From a virus, in IMG/VR virus record IMGVR_UViG_3300045996_000607, positions 22,292 to 86,291 of that record: a stretch of DNA of 64,000 nucleotides. One strand, 5' to 3'. A program made the position numbers and the translations under genes. This document shows positions 26,844-36,611 of the stretch, piece after piece. Under the pieces are notes generated by a model. That model did not search any database and was not told where the DNA came from. It was given only the letters and a program-made list of their open reading frames with translations. The number at the start of each line of letters is the position of its first letter. The first letter of the stretch is position 1.

Positions 26844-28264
26844 AGCTGGCCTACGGGGATTTCCTGCCGGACCTCCCTGACCACGCCTCCCCGGGGATTT
26901 CCGAGGCGATCAACGTCTATCCGAGCTCGGCGGGCTATCGTCCGGTTGGGGACTTCCTTGCGCATACCGACGCCCTGCCCGGCACCTGCCGCGGCGCCGC
27001 GGCGTTCGTAGCGCCAAGCGGGCGTGTCGTGTTCCTGGCAGGCACAGAGACGAAGCTCTACCGGCAGGACGGTGTTGAGTGGGTCGAGATCGGCACAGGC
27101 TACGCGACCCCGGAGGGCGGGCGCTGGCGCTTCGTCCAGTTCGGCGAACTGGCGGTTGTCAGCAATGCCTTTGATGTCCCGATCAAGGTCAATCTGGAGA
27201 CCGACGCCGTCGCAGTCCTTGGCGGAACCCCGCCCAAGATGCAGGCGATGGCGGTGGTGTCGAACTTCCTCGTGGGCACGCAGATCAACGGACTGGTCAA
27301 CGAGGTGGCGTGGTCCGGTGAGAACGATGCCGAGTGGTGGACCTTCGCTACTCGCAAGTCGGACTACAACGATTTCCCAGATGGCGGAGAGATTACCGGC
27401 ATTCTGGGTGGAGAGGTTGGGCTGATCCTTCAGCGCAACGCCGTTCGCCGGATGGCCTATATCGGCGGCAACGTCCTGTTCCGCTTCGACAAGATCAGCA
27501 GCAACGTCGGCTGCGCAACCATCCATTCGGTCGCGCAGCATGGCGAACTTGGCTTCTGGTACTCAGATACGGGCTTCAAGATGTGGGACGGCTCGCAAAT
27601 CCGCTCCATCGGTTTCGAGCGGGTCGATACGGCTTTCAACCAGCTGTACGGCATCGTGGACTTCAACGCGATGTCGACGGCCGTGGATGGGCAGCGCAGT
27701 ACGGTCGTCTGGTCCACCGGGCAGCGGATGTGGATCTACAACTGGCTGCTCGACAAGTGGTCAGTGGTCGATTTCGCCGCGGAAATCGTGACATCGCGGC
27801 TTACTCGCGCGCCCTCGCTGGACGAGCAGGACCCGGCAGTAGGCGAGGATGACGACAACGTCGATTTTGTGGGCCTAGACCCCTTTGATGCAGCGCGCTT
27901 CGGTGCCGGCGATCCGCGGTTCTATGTGTTCGAGAGCGGCCTGCTCGGCACGTTTGCCGGGGATAACATGGCGGCCAAACTTACAGGACGATCGATAGAG
28001 TTGATCGCGGGCCGTAGCGCCCGCATCCGGCGTGTCCGCCCGATGACCGATGCAGTGGGCGGGATTACGCTCCGTATCGACACGCGGCAGAGGCTGGGGG
28101 ACGCGCCGCGACGTGCGGACTTCACCACCCTGCAGGCGAGCGGAGAGATGCCGGTTCGTGCTCGCGGTCGATTTGCAAAGACCCGGATTACGATCGCAGC
28201 CGGCGAGGTGTGGACATACGTCCAAGGCATCGACGCGACGGTTGAAGCGGCCGGAAGCCGATGA
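26840..28264 (+). CDS. Tail nozzle / packaged-DNA stabilisation protein
   Basis: GDFLPD N-terminus, beta-propeller-like, podovirus gene order. Confidence 0.7.
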   Translation: MKLAYGDFLPDLPDHASPGISEAINVYPSSAGYRPVGDFLAHTDALPGTCRGAAAFVAPSGRVVFLAGTETKLYRQDGVEWVEIGTGYATPEGGRWRFVQFGELAVVSNAFDVPIKVNLETDAVAVLGGTPPKMQAMAVVSNFLVGTQINGLVNEVAWSGENDAEWWTFATRKSDYNDFPDGGEITGILGGEVGLILQRNAVRRMAYIGGNVLFRFDKISSNVGCATIHSVAQHGELGFWYSDTGFKMWDGSQIRSIGFERVDTAFNQLYGIVDFNAMSTAVDGQRSTVVWSTGQRMWIYNWLLDKWSVVDFAAEIVTSRLTRAPSLDEQDPAVGEDDDNVDFVGLDPFDAARFGAGDPRFYVFESGLLGTFAGDNMAAKLTGRSIELIAGRSARIRRVRPMTDAVGGITLRIDTRQRLGDAPRRADFTTLQASGEMPVRARGRFAKTRITIAAGEVWTYVQGIDATVEAAGSR

Positions 28265-28722
28265 GCGAGGTTTTCGCCTACATCTGCACCCGGCAGACGG
28301 CGGACCCCTATGTTCCGGGTATGTCGCGCGATCTAGCGACGCTTTCACGCGACGTGTCGGACGGGTTTCAGGCGCTGGTCGGTGGCTATCTGAGGATCGG
28401 GCAAATCAGCTTCTTCCCGATCCAGAAGGCCATCCCTTTCCATCTGCTCTGTGACGGACACGAGGAGCCGCAAGAGCGATTCCCGGAGCTATATGCCTAT
28501 CTCGGGAGCAGTCAGGGCACGCCGGCTGACCCGCTCAACTTTGTCCTGCCGAACTACATCGGCACCCTCGCCCCGGCCGCCACTGCTGATCCGGAAGTTA
28601 TCGCAGGCGGGACTGTCACGTCCACTACCCCGTCGCCTGGAACCGGCAATTCGGGCGGCTCGATCAATCCTCCGGTGGATAGCGGCGGACGCGTGCCTCG
28701 GTTGCGGGCACTGGAAGAATGA
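28261..28722 (+). CDS. Tail collar-domain protein
   Basis: IGQI..F....P...LLCDG.....FPELYAYLG...FVLPN. Confidence 0.75.
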   Translation: MSEVFAYICTRQTADPYVPGMSRDLATLSRDVSDGFQALVGGYLRIGQISFFPIQKAIPFHLLCDGHEEPQERFPELYAYLGSSQGTPADPLNFVLPNYIGTLAPAATADPEVIAGGTVTSTTPSPGTGNSGGSINPPVDSGGRVPRLRALEE

Positions 28723-29111
28723 CCTTCGGCTACGTGGCACCTCCTTACGGTGCCTTGTGGCCCTCGATAGTGGCGTTGCTGGGCAAAGCCGTGGAGCGAG
28801 GTGGTAACGACTGGACCGAGATCGAGGCGACCCTCGAGAATGGCCGTTCGCAGCTCTGGCTCACGGTTGAGGACAAGCCCGTCGCTGCGATGGTGACGCG
28901 GATCGACGGTGACACGCTGGAGGTCTGGCTTGCCGGCGGTGCTGTTCTCGCAGGCTCAGTGCCATTCCTTGAGACGGCGATCGAGGCTTCGAAAGCGGCA
29001 GGAACGACGAACGGCAGGATCATCGGCCGCAAAGGCTGGGCCCGCGTGTTGCGCGGCTATGGCTGGCGGACAGACGGCGAGCATTTGGTGAAGGATTGGG
29101 CGGATGGGTAA
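28719..29111 (+). CDS. GNAT-like virion assembly protein
   Basis: GRSQLW...GRKGWARVL; position before the ejection proteins. Confidence 0.55.
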   Translation: MTFGYVAPPYGALWPSIVALLGKAVERGGNDWTEIEATLENGRSQLWLTVEDKPVAAMVTRIDGDTLEVWLAGGAVLAGSVPFLETAIEASKAAGTTNGRIIGRKGWARVLRGYGWRTDGEHLVKDWADG

Positions 29112-29757
29112 AACCAAGACGGTTCAGAAGAATGATCCATGGGCGCCGGCACAGCCGTACATTCTCAAGAACCTGCAGCAGCAGGACGATGTTTTCACGT
29201 CCTCGCAGCCGGATCTGATGAACTATGCGAACCAGCAGCGCGATACCTACGGGCGGGTCGCGCCGGGTGCCGAGAAGGGCATCACGGGCGCGCAGGATCT
29301 CGTGAACCGCAACCTGTCGGGCGCCAATATGCAGGGCAACCCGTACCTTGACGCCATCCTGACCAAAACCCGCGAGAATGTGGCCGGCTCCGTGAATGAC
29401 CAGTTCGGCCCGGCTGGGCGGTATGGATCGGGCCAGCACGCCGCCATTCTCGCCCGCGAGCTGGCATCGGCCGAAAATCAGGCTCGGTATCAGGATTACG
29501 GCGTTGAGCGCGGCTATCAGCAGGACGCCATCGGACAGGCGCAGAGCCTCATGGGCGGCTCGCAATCGCTGCTCAACAATGCCGCGGAATTGCCGTGGAT
29601 CGGCGTGCAGGCGGCGAACGGCGCGGTTCGGCAGGCGTCGGGCGGGTACGGAACCAGCACCACGACGCAGAGTGGAGGCATCGGGCAGATGCTCGCAGGC
29701 ATCGCGGGTGCCGGCTTGTCCGGATGGGCAGGCGGCGGCTTTAAGGGGATCAAGTAA
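29104..29757 (+). CDS. DNA ejection (internal virion) protein
   Basis: DPWAPAQPY, NPYLD, GRYGSG; Gly-rich C-terminus. Confidence 0.65.
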   Translation: MGKTKTVQKNDPWAPAQPYILKNLQQQDDVFTSSQPDLMNYANQQRDTYGRVAPGAEKGITGAQDLVNRNLSGANMQGNPYLDAILTKTRENVAGSVNDQFGPAGRYGSGQHAAILARELASAENQARYQDYGVERGYQQDAIGQAQSLMGGSQSLLNNAAELPWIGVQAANGAVRQASGGYGTSTTTQSGGIGQMLAGIAGAGLSGWAGGGFKGIK

Positions 29758-30329
29758 TGGCAGTTGGCCTCACTCCTGGGCGTCTCGGCCTCGGGTTGCA
29801 AAACCTGCTTGCGGTCGACCAGCAACCAACCCCGCCGGCGCAGTCGAAGCCTTCCTTCTTCCAGGAGGGGGGTATGGGCCGACATCTCGCCGGAGCCATT
29901 GGAGACGCGCTCCTCAATTATGGCGGAATGCAGCCGGTCTACGCGCCAATGCAACAGCAGCAACGTCAGCAGGCGCAGGAAGAAGCGCAGTGGTCGCGCC
30001 GGCAGCAGGCGGAGGACGATCAGTGGGTGCGGCGCGAGCAGTTCAAGCTGGCGAACCCCGACCCTTCGCCGATGATGCGCGATGTGCAGGCGTGGCAGGC
30101 GATGGGCCCCGATCAACGCGCCGCATATGAGCAGATCCGCAAGGCGCAGATGGGAGACCCCGACGTCACTGTCTCGCTGCCGAACGGCCAGTTCTATGCC
30201 GGCCCCCGTTCGGGCCTGAGCGCGGCGCTGACGGGCGGCATGGCGCCGTCCGAAACGCCCACCGCACCTGTCGGCAAGCTCCGTCCGATCGGAGGTGCGA
30301 CGCCCCGTGCGTCGGGCAACTTTCGCTAG
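29757..30329 (+). CDS. DNA ejection protein 2
   Basis: TAATG coupling; Q-rich. Confidence 0.6.
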   Translation: MAVGLTPGRLGLGLQNLLAVDQQPTPPAQSKPSFFQEGGMGRHLAGAIGDALLNYGGMQPVYAPMQQQQRQQAQEEAQWSRRQQAEDDQWVRREQFKLANPDPSPMMRDVQAWQAMGPDQRAAYEQIRKAQMGDPDVTVSLPNGQFYAGPRSGLSAALTGGMAPSETPTAPVGKLRPIGGATPRASGNFR

Positions 30330-30336
30330 CCCTCCC

Positions 30337-30600
30337 ATGCGCCTGAAAAGCGGTGTGATGACGAGCGGTCGCCGGACGCCGGAAGGAAATCGTCTTGTCG
30401 GTGGCGTGCCGGGCTCTTGGCACCCTGACGGCAATGCGATCGACTATGACGGGCCGAACCTTCCCGCCCTCCTTCAGGAGGTGCAGGCGACGTTCCCCGG
30501 CGCCAAGGCTTTCATCCACAAGAACCACGTCCACACGCAAGATCGGCGCATCCGCGCGCCCTACTTCGGTCAGCGCGGCACCACCGGATTGAAGAGGTAA
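30337..30600 (+). CDS. Peptidase M15-like (D-Ala-D-Ala metallopeptidase) domain
   Basis: TSGRRT..N..VGGVPGSWH..GNAID...HVH. Confidence 0.75.
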   Translation: MRLKSGVMTSGRRTPEGNRLVGGVPGSWHPDGNAIDYDGPNLPALLQEVQATFPGAKAFIHKNHVHTQDRRIRAPYFGQRGTTGLKR

Positions 30601-30603
30601 AGA

Positions 30604-33336
30604 ATGGCTCAGCAGCAAGCGCAGGACGATGCCGGCAACATCTGGGAAGTCGACGCGCAGGGAAACCCGGTGCGCCTTGTCCGGCCTGCGCCTTCGATGC
30701 AGCGTGGCCGGGTTTTCAGTCTCGCCCCCTCTCCGAAAGAGCAGAGGCAGGAATCGCGTCAGGACGTTCAGGACAGCCGCGCTGCCGCAGCCGATGCGCG
30801 GGCAGCCGCTGCGGCTGAACGCGAAGCGCGCGAATGGGCCGCCACCCACAACCCGGACGGCTCCCCCAAACCAACCGCGAACAGCAACGGCAGCGCTGAA
30901 CTGACGGCGGCAACTCGAGCGAACGCTATCAATGCGTTCACGGCAACTCGCCAGCTCGATAACCTTATCTCGGACATCGAGGACCGCTATCGGCGCGGTC
31001 CGGGTTCTACGAGGGGACTTAAAGGCGCACTTGACTGGCTCCCCACTCCGGGCAACCGCGCCTTTGACGCTGCGGGCAATGCGGTCCGAGGCGCGGCCAT
31101 CACAGCATTGGGCTTCACTTCAGGGCAGACCAACTCGCCCAAGGAAGTCGAGATGAATATCGGGCCCTATATCCCGGCGGCGGGAGATTACGATGAGGTG
31201 ATCACGGACAAGATCGCGCGGCTTAAGGAGCTTCGTGATCGTGCCCGGGTGCAGGCCGTTACGGTGCTGGGGGGCGTTCCTTCCGCTGATGGTCGAATCA
31301 ACCCGCTCTCCCAGATCCCGCGAGAGGAACGTGATCGCCTGTTCCCGCCCGGCACGATGCAGCCGACTGGTTTTGACGGCGGTACGCCATCTGGCCCGCC
31401 GCCTGCGAGCCCTTCGGCTGGCGGCCCTACGCTCGGCGGCGATGGCCCTACGCTCGGCGGCCCGGGCAGGCGCCTTGCTCCCGACGAAATGCTGCAGTTC
31501 AACGGCGATGGCGCCCCCGTCACCGGCAAGCGCCTTGCTCCCGATCAGGAGGCGCAAATTGTCAGTGCCATCCGCAGTGGCGACGAGGGGCAGGCATTGG
31601 CCCTGCTCGGCCGCTTTAGCGGAGCTGCGCCGGGTGAAGGTGAGGTGGCATCCATTCGCGCGGCAATTTCGCAGGTTCGCAAGGACCCACGGACGCCGAT
31701 CGGTCTGAACTACGGCAAGGTCGACGCCTTCGCGCAAACGCAGGCCGATCGCGAACGGTTCGGCAATGCACTTGCTCCGGCGATGGAGGAGCGCTCAACG
31801 GCTGGCGGGCTCGACGTGTCTGCCCGCGCCGGCATCAATGGCCTTACCGCCGGGCTAGCGGACTATGCGGCGGCCGCAGGTGGCATGCTGGGAGGTGGTA
31901 GCTACACCGAAAACCTGCAGCGTCAAAAGGCGCTCTCGGAAGCCGACGCGCGACTGAACCCCGGCAACACGATGATCAGCAACATCGTGGGAGGAGCAGC
32001 GGGCGCAGCTTTGACCGAAGGGGCCGCGTCGGCCCTGCTTCCGGCGCGAGCGGCTGCATGGGCGCCGCGGGTGGGCGACGCGTTCTATGGCACCGTCGCA
32101 GGGGCCACAGGAACGGCTCCGGGCAATGAGGCAACCGGGGCTGCGACAGGCGGGCTCGGCGGCGTTCTGGGCGGCATTCTCGGGCGTAACGTCGTCCGAG
32201 GGGCTGGCAACGTCGCCCGCGGTGCGCGTGACGCCAGCGCCGATATGCTGCGCGATCGCGGTGTGCCCCTCACGGTCGGGCAACTCGTCGGGCAAGGAGG
32301 TCGTGTCGGGCAGGCGGTGAAGGGCGTCGAGGACCGCCTGACCGGCGTTCCGATCCTCGGGGACATGATCAATGCTCGCCGTCGGGAAGGGCTGGAGGAG
32401 TTCAACCGCGCGGCCTTCACGGAAGGTTTGGGTCCAATCGGTGCGGTCGGGCCACGGGACATCGCCGAGCAAGGCATCGAGCAGGGTCAGCAATCGGTAT
32501 CGGACGCGTACTCGAGCGCGCTGAACGGGGTGAACGTCGCCCCTGACGCGCAGTTCTCAACGGATTTCGGTGCGGCCCGGAGCGCGGGGCAGGCCATCCC
32601 TCGTATGGGGGAAGATTTCGACTATGTCGTGCGTGATCGCATCGACCCGTTCTTGCAGCAGGGGTCTTTCAACGGCCCGGCCATTCAGGACGCTCTCCAG
32701 GGTCTACGGGCGGCGAGGTTCAGCAATGACTCCATGGGCGATGCGGCAAAGGGGGCCACTGGGCAGGTAGAGGATGCCCTGACGGGCCTTGTCTCCCGGC
32801 AGGCGCCAGATGTTATGCCGCAACTGGACGCCGCCAATGGCGCCTATCGCAACCTGTCGGTGCTCGCTGATGCAGTCGGGAGAGGCGCGAACGCTGGCGG
32901 CGTGTTCACCCCGGCGCAACTCGGCATGGCCGCTCGATCCAACGCGACGAAATACACCGGCAAAATGAACGCAGCCACGACGCGGCGCCCATTTTTCGAT
33001 CTGCAGCGTGCCGGGCAGGACGTGTTGCCGTCTGCGGTCCCTGACAGCGGGACAGCGGGTCGCCTTGCCACACTGGCCCTTCCGGGGATGCTCGGTGGTG
33101 CCGGGGCTGGCGCCGGCTATCTTACGGGAGACGCGGGCGGCGGCACTACAGCCGGCCTAGCACTTGGTTCGCTGCTGGCGGCTGGTGGCACCCGGAACGG
33201 TCAGCGCTTGCTAGCCGCCATTCTAGCGGATCGTCCAGACGCCCTTGTTGCCATCGGGGAACAGCTCAACCGTCGTGCCGGCATAGGCGGCGCTATCGGG
33301 GCGCCGCTGCTCGCCGGCGCTGGCGCCGGCCAATAG
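30604..33336 (+). CDS. Large DNA ejection protein (910 aa)
   Basis: Ala/Gly-rich, PLTVGQ, PDSGTAGR; podovirus core-protein position. Confidence 0.7.
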   Translation: MAQQQAQDDAGNIWEVDAQGNPVRLVRPAPSMQRGRVFSLAPSPKEQRQESRQDVQDSRAAAADARAAAAAEREAREWAATHNPDGSPKPTANSNGSAELTAATRANAINAFTATRQLDNLISDIEDRYRRGPGSTRGLKGALDWLPTPGNRAFDAAGNAVRGAAITALGFTSGQTNSPKEVEMNIGPYIPAAGDYDEVITDKIARLKELRDRARVQAVTVLGGVPSADGRINPLSQIPREERDRLFPPGTMQPTGFDGGTPSGPPPASPSAGGPTLGGDGPTLGGPGRRLAPDEMLQFNGDGAPVTGKRLAPDQEAQIVSAIRSGDEGQALALLGRFSGAAPGEGEVASIRAAISQVRKDPRTPIGLNYGKVDAFAQTQADRERFGNALAPAMEERSTAGGLDVSARAGINGLTAGLADYAAAAGGMLGGGSYTENLQRQKALSEADARLNPGNTMISNIVGGAAGAALTEGAASALLPARAAAWAPRVGDAFYGTVAGATGTAPGNEATGAATGGLGGVLGGILGRNVVRGAGNVARGARDASADMLRDRGVPLTVGQLVGQGGRVGQAVKGVEDRLTGVPILGDMINARRREGLEEFNRAAFTEGLGPIGAVGPRDIAEQGIEQGQQSVSDAYSSALNGVNVAPDAQFSTDFGAARSAGQAIPRMGEDFDYVVRDRIDPFLQQGSFNGPAIQDALQGLRAARFSNDSMGDAAKGATGQVEDALTGLVSRQAPDVMPQLDAANGAYRNLSVLADAVGRGANAGGVFTPAQLGMAARSNATKYTGKMNAATTRRPFFDLQRAGQDVLPSAVPDSGTAGRLATLALPGMLGGAGAGAGYLTGDAGGGTTAGLALGSLLAAGGTRNGQRLLAAILADRPDALVAIGEQLNRRAGIGGAIGAPLLAGAGAGQ

Positions 33337-33471
33337 CTTACGTTCCGAGCGGCGATGCCACAATTCGAGGACTAGCCCCTTCAGCGCGCAAGCGACGGCT
33401 ATTTCGATGAACGTCATATAGCCCGCGACCATACGCCCTTCCCCAGACTTTCGCAAATTGGAGCCACGCTA

Positions 33472-35220
33472 ATGAGTTTTAGCGATTATTCCGGCACGCC
33501 TGCGTCCAACACGACGCTCGGCGACAGCATCTTCATCGGCCCCAACATGGAGCGCGGCAAGGTGCGCCCTGCCCTCCAGCAGCTCGCCGCGGACGGGCGT
33601 GAGTTGTACGACGAGATGATCGCGCGCGGGTTCGGCGACTTGCCGGAGTTCATCGCGGCGGGAGCCGGGGCCACTGCGCGGCCAGTGAATGACAAGCTGC
33701 GGGAAACGCTGTCAGTCAAGGACTTCGAGGCTGTAGGTGACGGAGCGGCCGATGACAGCGCGCCCCTCCTTGCGACAGCGGTCGCGGCGCGCATAGCCTT
33801 GACTGACGGCATCCGCGCCTTGGCCGGCGAGGTGAAGCTCCCCCCCGGCCGCTATCGGATCACCGGCCCTCTGGATCTGGCAGCCGTGGGAGGCGTGAGC
33901 GGCCTGACCATCTCGGGCAGCGGCGGCACCGAGATCGTTTTCGATGGCCCAACTGCGACGCTAAAATGCACCTCGTCGCGCACCATCACCTTCCGCAACA
34001 TCGTGTTCCGCTCAACGGAAGCGACCGATGTAAGCCCCGGCGATCCTTACGGCATTGACCTCGGCCAATCTGCCTTCACGATCGCACAGAGCGGCAATCC
34101 GCTGCGATCGTGGCGTTTCGAGCGGTGCCATTTCTACTTCTTCGACAAATGCTTCACCGTCACCGGCGCGACGATGTGCAGCGAGTTCTATTTCGACGGC
34201 TGCATCTTCGGAAACTGCTATTACCTGATGGACAATAGCAACGATCAGGCGGTGAACTGGAACTTCGTCAACTGCGATTGGGAAAACCCAGAACTCGACA
34301 CGGTGAAGGCCAAAAGCAGCTCCACGATCTTCAAGCTGCAAAAAGGCATTTCCTGCAAATGGACGGGCGGCTCGGTCATAAGCTACGGCACGCTGGTCTA
34401 TTTTAACCTGACCGCCACGTCTTCCTTCGTGGCGAACAGCCATGCCATCACGTTCGACGGCATCCGCATCGAGCGCATGGACGACGGCGGCACCTGCACG
34501 CCGCTCTACGATCGCGTTTCGAGCGGTTATATCAGCCCCGGCAACGCGCCCACGGTCGCGCTCCTGAACGCTGCGATGATCTCGCGCGGCACGATCCCAT
34601 CGACGGTCACGCACTTCAAGGTGTGGGACAACGTCAACTTCCTGGTCGACAATTGCGACATCGAGACCGGCAAGATCGTGGGCGTCTATGGATCGCTCTC
34701 GGGTGCCAACACTGGCGAGTTCACGCTGCGCAATTCTACAGCCCTGCTCTACGAAGATGACGCCACCGGCAAGATCAGCGACCACATCAAGCACAGCATC
34801 ACGATCGAGCCGCAGACGCGCGGGGGTACATTGGGCCTGACGTTTCATCAGCGCTCTGATTCGTTGAGCGTGCCTTACTCGCTGGCGCCCAACGAGATTC
34901 GGTTTCGAGGTCCGACAGGTAGCCTACCGGAAGGCGGCACCACCGTGAACGTCCCCCCTCTGCCGAAGTATACCGTGCTGGAACGGCTGGTCGTTCGAAG
35001 ATTCTCGGCCGCTACGTATGGCCTCACAGTTCAGCTTCGCGACCAAGCAGACACGACGACTTATGCTGAGGTTGTCTTGGCGGCTGGTACGGATCGCTTC
35101 GCGGAGGCGCAGATCAATCTTGAGCTAGGCTTTCAGCTCCTGACTACAACCCCGTTGATGCTCAAGGTCATCGGCACGCCTGAATCCGTCAAAGGCTTGG
35201 TCGGGCTAGGGTATTCGTGA
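33472..35220 (+). CDS. Tailspike with beta-helix (pectate-lyase-like) domain
   Basis: DKLRETLSVKDF.AVGDG..DD and LPPGRY motifs; N-terminal particle-binding segment. Confidence 0.8.
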   Translation: MSFSDYSGTPASNTTLGDSIFIGPNMERGKVRPALQQLAADGRELYDEMIARGFGDLPEFIAAGAGATARPVNDKLRETLSVKDFEAVGDGAADDSAPLLATAVAARIALTDGIRALAGEVKLPPGRYRITGPLDLAAVGGVSGLTISGSGGTEIVFDGPTATLKCTSSRTITFRNIVFRSTEATDVSPGDPYGIDLGQSAFTIAQSGNPLRSWRFERCHFYFFDKCFTVTGATMCSEFYFDGCIFGNCYYLMDNSNDQAVNWNFVNCDWENPELDTVKAKSSSTIFKLQKGISCKWTGGSVISYGTLVYFNLTATSSFVANSHAITFDGIRIERMDDGGTCTPLYDRVSSGYISPGNAPTVALLNAAMISRGTIPSTVTHFKVWDNVNFLVDNCDIETGKIVGVYGSLSGANTGEFTLRNSTALLYEDDATGKISDHIKHSITIEPQTRGGTLGLTFHQRSDSLSVPYSLAPNEIRFRGPTGSLPEGGTTVNVPPLPKYTVLERLVVRRFSAATYGLTVQLRDQADTTTYAEVVLAAGTDRFAEAQINLELGFQLLTTTPLMLKVIGTPESVKGLVGLGYS

Positions 35221-35999
35221 TGCACGAGCCTCGAAACCCGCACCCGCTCAAGCCGCGGACCTACCAAGGCCGCAAAGCCGAACGCGATCGCCGCCGCCAT
35301 CAACATCGGCACGCCCGCGCCGTAGCAGAACAGCAGGATCGGAAAGTGCGTGAGGTACAAAGTGTAGGAGAAGCTCCCCGATATCGCGAGCAGCCCGCCC
35401 GCTTGCCTGCTGGGGCGTTCGGCGCCTCGCCACCCCGCCACGAAGCCAGCTACGAACGCCAGCCCCTTGATCGCGAACCAAGGCTGCAGGATGGTCAGCA
35501 CCACCAGCAACAGCACCGCTATGGCCCGCTGCCGATACACCGCCAGCGCGGCAATCGCGTAGTACCACACCTCGTAGGACAGCGACCAAAGCGGACCGTT
35601 GCTATCGAGCGTCGGGCCAGCAAAGCCGTTCAGGAACAGCAGGGTCGGCAGCAGGCCGTCCATACTGAAAGCCGCCCGGGCGGTTCCGTTCAGCGCGTGG
35701 GAGCTGGTTGTGAACACGAGCGGCGCCAGTGCCCACAAGACGGCGCACAAGGCGACGCTGAACAGGAACGGCGGAAGCAACCGATCGGCGCGTCGGATCG
35801 CGAATTGCCGCCAGTCGTGCGCCTTCAGCGATTTGGCGATCACGAAGCCGCTGATTGCGAAGAACCCGAGCACCGCAGCGTAGGCGAGCCATCCATATGC
35901 CGGGTGTGCAGCCGGGTCGTAGATCTGCGCGAGATGCCCCACCGCTACTACCAAGGCCAGCCCGCCGCGAGACGCGTCCAGATATCGAAGCGGGTTCAC
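35133..35999 (-). CDS. Acyltransferase-3 family membrane O-acyltransferase (moron)
   Basis: LDASRG, FFAISGFVI, F..RR..RL.P, NGPLWSLSYEVWYY, SYTLYLTHFP. Confidence 0.9.
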   Translation of the reverse strand: MNPLRYLDASRGGLALVVAVGHLAQIYDPAAHPAYGWLAYAAVLGFFAISGFVIAKSLKAHDWRQFAIRRADRLLPPFLFSVALCAVLWALAPLVFTTSSHALNGTARAAFSMDGLLPTLLFLNGFAGPTLDSNGPLWSLSYEVWYYAIAALAVYRQRAIAVLLLVVLTILQPWFAIKGLAFVAGFVAGWRGAERPSRQAGGLLAISGSFSYTLYLTHFPILLFCYGAGVPMLMAAAIAFGFAALVGPRLERVRVSRLVHHEYPSPTKPLTDSGVPMTLSINGVVVRS

Positions 36000-36074
36000 G
36001 GATTACTTGTCCACCTCCCCACGCCGCCCGTCAAGGCCCGCCAAATACCGCCCACGACCAAGAGGAGAACGCAG

Positions 36075-36173
36075 ATGCCAGGTGAAGAGAACGAGAGCGA
36101 GCAGCACACGAAGAAGCCGCCGCAGCCTACGCCCACCCCGACACCCACGCCTACTCCGACGTTGAGCTGGTAG
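36075..36173 (+). CDS. 32-aa Pro/Thr-repeat peptide
   Basis: AGAGGAG RBS; MPGEENESEQHTKKPPQPTPTPTPTPTPTLSW. Confidence 0.6.
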   Translation: MPGEENESEQHTKKPPQPTPTPTPTPTPTLSW

Positions 36174-36611
36174 GTGCTACCCGGCGACATCTATGTGATG
36201 CTGCTCGTGCTGACGGCGGTATTCGTCGCGCCGTTCAGCCGGCTGGCGTTCGTCGTCGTCGTTGCGTGGACGATCGGCCACTTCGCATTTATCGCCGGGG
36301 CTCACGAACATTGGGTCAATCTGCTGCAGCATCTCGGTGCAGCGGCGTTCGGCATGCGATATGCCCGACAGACCGCCTACGCATTCGCGTGGGCTTTGTT
36401 CGCACCGCTGGTGACGATCGACCTGATCGTGCTCTTCGCCGGGTATGATCCGGATCATGGCTGGTGGCTGGTCCTCGGGCTGGCGACCTTGCAGCTATTC
36501 GCCATGCCGTTCGGGATCGACCGCGGCCGGGCCCGCGCTCTCTTCAAGGCGTGGAAAGAGAATGTCTGCTGGCAACGCACATTCGGGGAGCCGGGCTTTG
36601 TGGCTATCTAG
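36174..36611 (+). CDS. Multi-TM membrane protein upstream of the lysis genes
   Basis: Several hydrophobic helices; same frame as the upstream peptide. Confidence 0.7.
   Translation: MLPGDIYVMLLVLTAVFVAPFSRLAFVVVVAWTIGHFAFIAGAHEHWVNLLQHLGAAAFGMRYARQTAYAFAWALFAPLVTIDLIVLFAGYDPDHGWWLVLGLATLQLFAMPFGIDRGRARALFKAWKENVCWQRTFGEPGFVAI

Noticed and set aside
31420-31545. 21-bp tandem repeat and CGCCTTGCTCCCGA duplication
   Set aside because: In-frame low-complexity linker within the large ejection protein
19456-35220. Diversity-generating retroelement, prompted by the BPP-1-like head
   Set aside because: No reverse transcriptase motif seen; differences between the SGNH copies are mostly synonymous and not adenine-specific
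35217-36074. Plus-strand 318-aa ORF 35217-36173
   Set aside because: Antisense to the acyltransferase; only the last 32 codons with their own RBS are credible
24895-36173. Genome-wide TAG recoding
   Set aside because: TAG clearly terminates normal genes (e.g. 24897, 33336, 60191) and structural ORFs are not fragmented
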